This document shows positions 33,868-40,000 of a stretch of 40,000 nucleotides of DNA, piece after piece. Both the position numbers and the translations under genes were made by a program. The notes under the pieces are model-generated. The model saw only the letters and a program-made list of their open reading frames with translations, searched no databases and had not been told where the DNA came from. The number at the start of each line of letters is the position of its first letter. The first letter of the stretch is position 1. The stretch is taken from assembly GCF_011050365.1 (NCBI RefSeq), contig NZ_DRFV01000016.1, positions 69,549 through 109,548 of the forward strand, read 5' to 3'. The stretch comes from Pseudohongiella sp. (GTDB taxonomy: Bacteria > Pseudomonadota > Gammaproteobacteria > Pseudomonadales > Pseudohongiellaceae).

Positions 33868-34644
33868 ATGGATAAGGGTTTATTTGATCTCAGCGGTAAA
33901 GTGGCACTCATCACCGGCGGCAATGGCGGTATCGGTCTGGGGTTTGCCATGGGTATTGCCCGACAGGGCGGTGACGTCTGCATCTGGGGACGCAACGAAA
34001 ACAAGAATCGGCAAGCGGTGGAGCAATTGCAGCCGTTCGGAACGCGTGTGCATGCAATCAACTGTGATGTCGTTGACGAGGCAGTGGTGGAACGCGCGTT
34101 TGCTGACACCCTGGCCGAATTTGGACGCGTGGACGCGTGTTTCGCCAATGCCGGTGTCGGTGGCGGCGGGCGCTTTGATGAGCTGACGCTGGCACAGTGG
34201 CGTCAGGTGATGTCGGTCAACCTGGACGGGCTGTTTCTAACCTTGCGCGCTGCAGCGCGCCACATGAAGGCGCGTGCAGAAACCGGCGACATCGGAGGGC
34301 GACTAATCGGTACATCGTCTATCGGTGCCAAACTGGGCATGGTCGGCGGGGAGGCCTATGCGGGCAGCAAAGGTGCGGTGTTGTCCATCATGAAAGGTCT
34401 GGCGGTGGAATATGCGCGCTACGGTGTTACCGCCAATTCGGTTTTGCCGGGCCATATCGAGACCGCGATGACCGCGGAAACCTATAAAGGCGAGAAATTC
34501 CGCAATGCCATCATGCCGCGTATTGCGGCGCGTCGCTGGGGAACGCCGGCAGACTTTGAAGGCATTGCGGCCTATCTGATGAGTGACGCCAGTTGTTACC
34601 ACACCGGCGACAGCTTTGTGATTGATGGTGGTTTTATTATCTGA
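33868..34644 (+). CDS. Short-chain dehydrogenase/reductase (SDR)
   Basis: TGGNGGIGLG cofactor motif, NAG, and the catalytic YAGSK. The N-terminal 167 aa of the track ORF 33367..34644 are antisense to the ferritin-like gene and are rejected. Confidence 0.85.
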   Translation: MDKGLFDLSGKVALITGGNGGIGLGFAMGIARQGGDVCIWGRNENKNRQAVEQLQPFGTRVHAINCDVVDEAVVERAFADTLAEFGRVDACFANAGVGGGGRFDELTLAQWRQVMSVNLDGLFLTLRAAARHMKARAETGDIGGRLIGTSSIGAKLGMVGGEAYAGSKGAVLSIMKGLAVEYARYGVTANSVLPGHIETAMTAETYKGEKFRNAIMPRIAARRWGTPADFEGIAAYLMSDASCYHTGDSFVIDGGFII

Positions 34645-34664
34645 TGCAGCCGCGACGAGCTGGC

Positions 34665-35150
34665 CTACATCTCCCGCAGTGAGTTGTAGGCCTTGCTCAG
34701 CGCAATGCGCTCTTTCTTTTCGCCGGCCTGCAGGTCTGCAAACACGTCGCGTACGTCCGGCACATTGGTGCCCTCGCGCAGCACGGACAACAACTCTTCA
34801 ATGTAGTCATCGGCACGACTGCCCAGCGCGTAGAAGTCATCGGGGTCCAGGCCAGCGGCAGCCTCGGGTTTCAGTTCCGCTTCAAGCTTGCCCAGGAACT
34901 CGTTCGGATCTTCCGGATAGGATTTCTGGAGCATGGTGTTGAGGATGCGATCGGGCGCTGTTTGCTGATAAGAGGTCAGTGTTTCGACCAGGCGCAGTTC
35001 CCGTCGCTGCATTTCTTCGGCCAGCAGTTTGGAGTATTGGTTGTCCATCATGGCGGTCAGACGACCATACATATTCGCCAGTTTTTCATGAAATTTGATC
35101 AATATTGTCAGCAGATGTGCGACTTTGTCGTAACTGGGTACACGGGGCAT
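34665..35150 (-). CDS. Hypothetical helical protein
   Basis: 161-aa clean ORF with protein-like composition and no recognised family. Confidence 0.6.
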   Translation of the reverse strand: MPRVPSYDKVAHLLTILIKFHEKLANMYGRLTAMMDNQYSKLLAEEMQRRELRLVETLTSYQQTAPDRILNTMLQKSYPEDPNEFLGKLEAELKPEAAAGLDPDDFYALGSRADDYIEELLSVLREGTNVPDVRDVFADLQAGEKKERIALSKAYNSLREM

Positions 35151-35351
35151 TGGGTCTCCTTGTCCTTACTGAGCGGGTTCTGACTGAGACATTCAGCATA
35201 CCGGTTTCCATCCGGTTCGTCAGCCCAGGCCAGTGTAAAGTCACGATATTGCCATTGAGAGGTTTATGTCTGCGCGGTTTTGGGAGAAAATGCAGCTCCT
35301 TCCGCGCCGACTAACGGTGTGGTAGTGGGCATTTCAGGGGATAGCCGCCAT

Positions 35352-35930
35352 ATGATCTTGATGATCGACAACTATGACTCATTTACCTACAACATCGTGC
35401 AATATCTCGGCGAGTTGGGGGCGGATGTGCAGGTTTATCGCAACGATACCTTGACCCTGGCAGACATCGACGCACTGGCTCCGGCCAAGATCGTGATTTC
35501 GCCCGGGCCATGCTCGCCCAGCGAGGCCGGTATCTCCATTGATGTGATCAAACACTTCGCTGGCAATATCCCGATTTTGGGCGTTTGCCTGGGACACCAA
35601 AGCATCGGCCAGGCCTTTGGTGGCGATGTGATCCGGGCGCGGCAGGTCATGCACGGCAAGCTGTCGCCGATTTACCACAACAATACCGGTGTGTTCAGCT
35701 CGCTGCCCAGCCCGTTCACGGCGACCCGCTATCATTCGCTGGTAGTGGACAGCAAGACTCTGCCCGACTGCCTGGAGGTCACAGCCTGGACACAACTGGC
35801 TGATGGCAGCGTGGACGAAATCATGGGTCTGCGGCATAAGACTCTGGACCTCGAAGGCGTGCAATTTCATCCGGAATCCATCCTCAGTGAACATGGCCAT
35901 CAGTTGCTGAAGAATTTTTTACAGCGCTGA
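35352..35930 (+). CDS. trpG: Anthranilate synthase component II (glutamine amidotransferase)
   Basis: [23 protein letters not shown], the catalytic GVCLGHQ, and the HPES C-terminal motif. It is followed by trpD and trpC. Confidence 0.9.
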   Translation: MILMIDNYDSFTYNIVQYLGELGADVQVYRNDTLTLADIDALAPAKIVISPGPCSPSEAGISIDVIKHFAGNIPILGVCLGHQSIGQAFGGDVIRARQVMHGKLSPIYHNNTGVFSSLPSPFTATRYHSLVVDSKTLPDCLEVTAWTQLADGSVDEIMGLRHKTLDLEGVQFHPESILSEHGHQLLKNFLQR

Positions 35931-35957
35931 CCGGAACAAGACAAAAACAGGTGTTTT

Positions 35958-36989
35958 ATGGATATCAAGCAGGCAATCCGCCATCTCACCCAGCGCCAGG
36001 ATTTCAGTGCCGAGCAAATGGCGGTATTGATGCGCGAACTCATGACCGGGCAGTGCACCGACGCGCAGGTTGCAGCTGTGCTGGTCGCCCTGCAGATGAA
36101 AGGTATTAAAACGCCCGAATTGCTCGGTGCCGTGCGTGTCATGCGCGAACTGGCGACGCCGGTGGCAGTGCCGCCGGACGCACATCTGGTGGATACCTGC
36201 GGTACCGGGGGCACCGGCACTGATACTTTCAATATTTCAACCTCGGCAGCGATGGTAGCGGCCTGTGCCGGCGCCAGAGTGGCAAAACATGGTAACCGCA
36301 GCGCCACCAGCAAAAGCGGCAGTGCCGATCTGCTGGAGGCGGCCGGGGTCAATCTGGCGATTAGCCCGGAGCAAGTGGCGGCCTGTATTGAAGAGCTGGG
36401 CGTCGGCTTCATGTTTGCCCCTGGCCATCACAGTGCGATGAAGCACGTGATCGGCGCGCGCCGGGAGATCGGTGTGCGTACCATATTCAATATGCTGGGG
36501 CCGTTGACCAACCCTGCGTCGGCACCGAACCAGGTCATGGGCGTTTTTGATCCGGTCTGGATAGAGCCGGTACTGGATGTTCTGAAAGAGCTGGGTTCGC
36601 GCCACGTACTGGTATTGGCGTCAGACGACGGCCTTGATGAAATCAGCGTCTGCGCCGCGACCCAGATCGGGGAGCTGCGGGATGATCACATCGTGCGCTA
36701 CTCCGTCAGCCCGGCAGACTTTGGCATGGTACAGCGTGACGGCATAGCCATGCTGCAAGTCAGTTCGCCGCAGGAAAGCCTGGCGATGGTGCGGCAAGCC
36801 TTGACCTATGAAAACGAGGCGGCTGGCGATATCGTTGCACTGAATGCAGGGGCGGCGATTTATGCCGCCAATCTGGTGGATGATCTGCCGGCGGGTGTGG
36901 CCCGCGCGCAGGCGATATTGCGCAGCGGTGAGGCGCTGCACAAATTGCAGGCTCTGGCTGACTTCACGTCCGCGCTGAATGCAGACTGA
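35958..36989 (+). CDS. trpD: Anthranilate phosphoribosyltransferase
   Basis: DTCGTGGTGTDTFNISTSAA and KHGNRSATSKSGSADLLEA motifs. Confidence 0.95.
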   Translation: MDIKQAIRHLTQRQDFSAEQMAVLMRELMTGQCTDAQVAAVLVALQMKGIKTPELLGAVRVMRELATPVAVPPDAHLVDTCGTGGTGTDTFNISTSAAMVAACAGARVAKHGNRSATSKSGSADLLEAAGVNLAISPEQVAACIEELGVGFMFAPGHHSAMKHVIGARREIGVRTIFNMLGPLTNPASAPNQVMGVFDPVWIEPVLDVLKELGSRHVLVLASDDGLDEISVCAATQIGELRDDHIVRYSVSPADFGMVQRDGIAMLQVSSPQESLAMVRQALTYENEAAGDIVALNAGAAIYAANLVDDLPAGVARAQAILRSGEALHKLQALADFTSALNAD

Positions 36990-37038
36990 AGCCGCGATCG
37001 TCAACTGTCCCGGAAACGCTTGATCAAGAGATGACATT

Positions 37039-37836
37039 GTGAATACCAGCACTATTCTGGAAAAAATCCTGGCGCATAAACAGGTTGAGATACAGCGCAA
37101 CAGCCAGCGCACAAGTCACGCTGTTCTGGAGAAGCAGGCGGTCGCCAGCATGACTGACCGCCGTGGGTTCATCCGGGCATTGCGTGAACGTATGGACGCG
37201 CAACAGGCTGCGGTTATCGCCGAGATTAAAAAAGCGTCACCCAGCCAGGGCCTGATCCGGCCGGATTTTGATCCGGTGCTTATCGCGCAGCAGTACGCGG
37301 AAGCAGGTGCCACATGTCTTTCTGTGCTGACAGACGAGCAGTTTTTCCAGGGCAGCACCGGATATTTGCAGCAGGCGCGAGCAGCCTGCACGTTGCCGGT
37401 GATCCGCAAGGATTTCATTATTGATCCTTATCAGGTCGCCGAGGCGGGTGCCATGGGTGCCGATTGTATTTTGTTGATTGTGGCGGCGCTGAACCCTCCG
37501 CGGCTGCGCGATCTGGCGGCATGTGCGCATGATCTTCAGCTGGACGTGCTGGTGGAGGTTCACAACGAAACCGAGCTTGATATCGCCCTGTCTGCCGGGT
37601 TTGATCTTATCGGCGTCAATAATCGCAATCTGCATGATTTTCATACCGATCTGGAGACCACGTTCCGTCTGGCCGCCCTGGCCCCTGATGACAAACTCAT
37701 TGTCACGGAAAGCGGCATTGCCCACGCAGGCGATGTCAAGCGTATGATGTCTCAGGGAATTTACGGATTCCTGATCGGAGAGACTTTCATGCGTGCCGAC
37801 AACCCGGGCGACAAACTCCGGGAACTGTTCGCCTGA
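37039..37836 (+). CDS. trpC: Indole-3-glycerol phosphate synthase
   Basis: ILEKILAHK, VIAEIKKASPSQG, CLSVLTDEQFFQG and IGVNNRNL motifs. GTG start. Confidence 0.95.
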   Translation: MNTSTILEKILAHKQVEIQRNSQRTSHAVLEKQAVASMTDRRGFIRALRERMDAQQAAVIAEIKKASPSQGLIRPDFDPVLIAQQYAEAGATCLSVLTDEQFFQGSTGYLQQARAACTLPVIRKDFIIDPYQVAEAGAMGADCILLIVAALNPPRLRDLAACAHDLQLDVLVEVHNETELDIALSAGFDLIGVNNRNLHDFHTDLETTFRLAALAPDDKLIVTESGIAHAGDVKRMMSQGIYGFLIGETFMRADNPGDKLRELFA

Positions 37837-37915
37837 CACTAAATTGTTGAGCTCAGCAGCCGATACTGAAAGAAGGTCACCTTTATCCTTCTGAAGGCTT
37901 TCGCGCGGGTTGAGC

Positions 37916-38632
37916 ATGCTTGCTTCCTACTTTCTGACAACGCTGTTCCTGTTATGCCTGATGATGGCGGGGTTGCTTATTGCGCAGCAGGCCGGCCAGC
38001 GACAGGGGCAGCACGTTAATCGACTGTCCCGCCTGTCAGCGCTGGAGTCACGGCGCAAACAGGTGCATCAGACGGCGCGCGCGCTGCAACAGATGGAAAC
38101 CGACCCGGAAGTGCTTGCGCTGCTGTTTGGCAGCCTGCTCGAGGATCTGCAGACCATCAAGTCGCTGGACCCGGTACGCTCCGACCTGGACAAGCAGATC
38201 AAAGAGGCAGAAGCAGCCAGCAAGCAGAGCGCCGGCGGCGGCAATGCCGGCAGCAGTGCGGCGGTGGCAACAGAAGAAGAGCTGACCATGACGCAGCGCC
38301 ATATTCAGCGTGCTCTGAAGATTTTTGTGTCGATGTACCAGAGTGACAAGATCAGTGCCAGTCAGTACCAGGCCTGCCGTGACAGACTCCGCACGCTGGG
38401 ACTGAGGATAGCAGTGAATTCCTGCCTGCTGATGGCACAGCGAGCGGTCGACAGCGAAGATACCATTAAGGCCATGTCGTGCTTCCGTCGTGCGGAAAGC
38501 TTTTTGGGCATGAAAGGGTTGCCGGGCACCGAGATTGTCGAGAAAAGGACCTATATCAAAACTGAGCGCGAAAAGCTGATAGCACAATCGGAAGCCGGGC
38601 GGGGTTTGTTACTGATGGCGACGGCTGATTAA
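37916..38632 (+). CDS. Membrane-anchored hypothetical protein
   Basis: N-terminal TM helix (FLTTLFLLCLMMAGLLIA) followed by a helical soluble region. It lies between trpC and crp. Confidence 0.6.
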   Translation: MLASYFLTTLFLLCLMMAGLLIAQQAGQRQGQHVNRLSRLSALESRRKQVHQTARALQQMETDPEVLALLFGSLLEDLQTIKSLDPVRSDLDKQIKEAEAASKQSAGGGNAGSSAAVATEEELTMTQRHIQRALKIFVSMYQSDKISASQYQACRDRLRTLGLRIAVNSCLLMAQRAVDSEDTIKAMSCFRRAESFLGMKGLPGTEIVEKRTYIKTEREKLIAQSEAGRGLLLMATAD

Positions 38633-39264
38633 CGGGTGCCGTAGACAACGATGGTCTGACCGCTGACAGCTATCAGTTGCTGTTCTTCCAGCGTCTTTAA
38701 TACCCGCCCGGCCATTTCGCGTGAACAGTTGACCAGGCGCCCCAGTTCCTGACGGGTGATTTTTATTTGCATGCCGTCCGGGTGCGTCATGGCGTCCGGC
38801 TCCCGGCTCAGCTCAATCAGCGTGCGGGCGACGCGACCGGTGACATCGTAGAATGCCAGATCGCCAACTTTGCGAGTGGTGTTGCGCAACCGACTGGCCA
38901 TTTGCTGACCAATGGTGAACAGAATTTCCGGGTGCATACGGATGTACTGGTTGAATTTTTCGTAGCTGATTTCAGCGATCTCGCACTCGGTCTTGGCACG
39001 GCAACTGGCGCTGCGTGCTTTGCGGGTATCAAACAGGCCCATCTCGCCAAAAAAATCGCCCGGGTTGAGATAGGCAACAATAACTTCCTTGCCGTCGTCG
39101 TCTTCCAGTACGACAGACACGGTGCCGCGCATGATGTAGTGCAGGGTAGTGGGTTCATCGCCTGCGTAAATCAACGTCTGATTGCGATCGTATTTGCGCA
39201 GGTGACTGTAACTCAGGAAATTTTCCAGATCTGCGATGTGCGGGGTGATGGCCATCAATGCCAT
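38629..39264 (-). CDS. crp: cAMP receptor protein (Crp/Vfr family)
   Basis: A cNMP-binding domain (IYAGD...GDFFGEMGLF) and a C-terminal HTH (ITRQELGRLVNCSREMAGRVLKTLEE), collinear with Vfr/Crp. I chose the ATG at 39264 (SD CAGGAGA, 8 nt spacing). Confidence 0.9.
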   Translation of the reverse strand: MALMAITPHIADLENFLSYSHLRKYDRNQTLIYAGDEPTTLHYIMRGTVSVVLEDDDGKEVIVAYLNPGDFFGEMGLFDTRKARSASCRAKTECEIAEISYEKFNQYIRMHPEILFTIGQQMASRLRNTTRKVGDLAFYDVTGRVARTLIELSREPDAMTHPDGMQIKITRQELGRLVNCSREMAGRVLKTLEEQQLIAVSGQTIVVYGTR

Positions 39265-39399
39265 TAAAGTAGTCTCCTGACCCATAGTCCTGATTCAATC
39301 CTACCCCATTGTAAACCGGCTGGCTAACCTTTGGCGATGGTCTGTGGTAATCTTGCGATCCGCGACAGCAGGCGTTGGACGAACGGAAGGAGAGGGTTG

Positions 39400-39819
39400 A
39401 TGAAGGCAACAGTGCGTTGGGTAGATAATGCCATGTTTCTGGGTGAGTCCGGCAGTGGGCATACCGTGGTCATGGATGGTCCGGAGGCCAATGGTGGTCG
39501 CAATGTCGGCATTCGGCCCATGGAAATGCTGCTGCTTGGCGCCGGTGGTTGCTCCTCATTCGACGTTGTCAGTATTTTGAAAAAATCCCGTCAGCACGTC
39601 ACCGGATGTGATGCGGAAGTCACGGCGACACGCGTCGACGCAGTGCCCGCCGTTTTCGAATCAATGAACCTGCACTTCCGCATCAGCGGTAAAGATCTCA
39701 GCGAAAAACAGGTACAGCGGGCTGTCGAGCTGTCGGCTGAAAAATATTGCTCGGCGACCATCATGCTGGCCAACGGCGGCGTCACGGTCAGCCATAGCTT
39801 CGAGATTATTGAGGACTGA
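39400..39819 (+). CDS. OsmC-family peroxiredoxin-like protein
   Basis: 139 aa from the ATG at 39400 (SD AAGGAGAGG). The motifs PMEMLLLGAGGCSSFDVVSIL and EKYCSAT contain the two conserved OsmC cysteines. Confidence 0.85.
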   Translation: MKATVRWVDNAMFLGESGSGHTVVMDGPEANGGRNVGIRPMEMLLLGAGGCSSFDVVSILKKSRQHVTGCDAEVTATRVDAVPAVFESMNLHFRISGKDLSEKQVQRAVELSAEKYCSATIMLANGGVTVSHSFEIIED

Positions 39820-40000
39820 TCAGGACTGGTTGCGCTGCAGCAGTTCGAGTTCGATGGACTTCAGCAACAGGTTCAGGCTCAGTGTCGGAATATCCTGGTC
39901 CGCAAACTGCCGGGCAAGTTCAGAGCAGGTGTCGGCAAAATTGCACCCCTCACGCAGTGCGCTCAGGAAACAGTGCATGTGCGCATTGATGCGCTGAAAT
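39820..40000 (-). CDS. C-terminal fragment of an unidentified gene; 5' part outside the window
   Basis: My minus-strand translation is open to the window edge (...FQRINAHMHCFLSALREGCNFADTCSELARQFADQDIPTLSLNLLLKSIELELLQRNQS*). The competing plus-strand ORF 39809..39997 is S/R/C-rich and looks spurious. Confidence 0.4.
   Translation of the reverse strand, partial: FQRINAHMHCFLSALREGCNFADTCSELARQFADQDIPTLSLNLLLKSIELELLQRNQS

Overview
The first ~19.1 kb of the window is one arm of a Mu-like transposable prophage. The rest is gammaproteobacterial core genome running from lipA to trpGDC-crp-osmC. I found no tRNA, rRNA or CRISPR array.

Prophage layout:
- Late module, minus strand: portal (partial, runs off the left edge and is absent from the ORF track), large terminase, gp27-like small terminase, and a lysis cassette with a GH108 endolysin.
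- Central immunity switch: an XRE repressor, a perfect inverted repeat with 12-bp arms, and a Ner-like gene.
- Early module, plus strand: CII-like regulator, wHTH protein, DUF3102-like protein, DD35E transposase, MuB-like AAA+ ATPase, DUF3164 protein, a second XRE protein, gp16/GemA-like protein and Mor.

The most interesting part is a visibly AT-richer terminal cargo island at 15.65-19.0 kb, between Mor and the inferred phage end (...TTCA at 19100). It carries:
- a divergently oriented 309-aa orphan with a Cys/His motif;
- a 164-aa orphan followed by a nested-hairpin element;
- a gene pair I recognise as a distant lambda RexA/RexB-like abortive-infection module (a 317-aa soluble protein plus an overlapping 4-TM protein).

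A small glycine-zipper membrane protein lies just downstream of the repressor and is a second candidate lysogen-expressed gene.

Host region:
- GC-rich REP-like nested palindromes, then lipA with a 20-bp tandem repeat spanning its stop codon.
- A GGDEF cyclase, an alpha/beta hydrolase with kynureninase, and an orphan NarL-type response regulator.
- Photolyase, then a MAPEG / Kv-type channel / radical-SAM cluster.
- Housekeeping enzymes, then trpGDC, crp/vfr and osmC.

All functional calls rest on motif recognition, gene order and my own reading of the translations. No database search was run.
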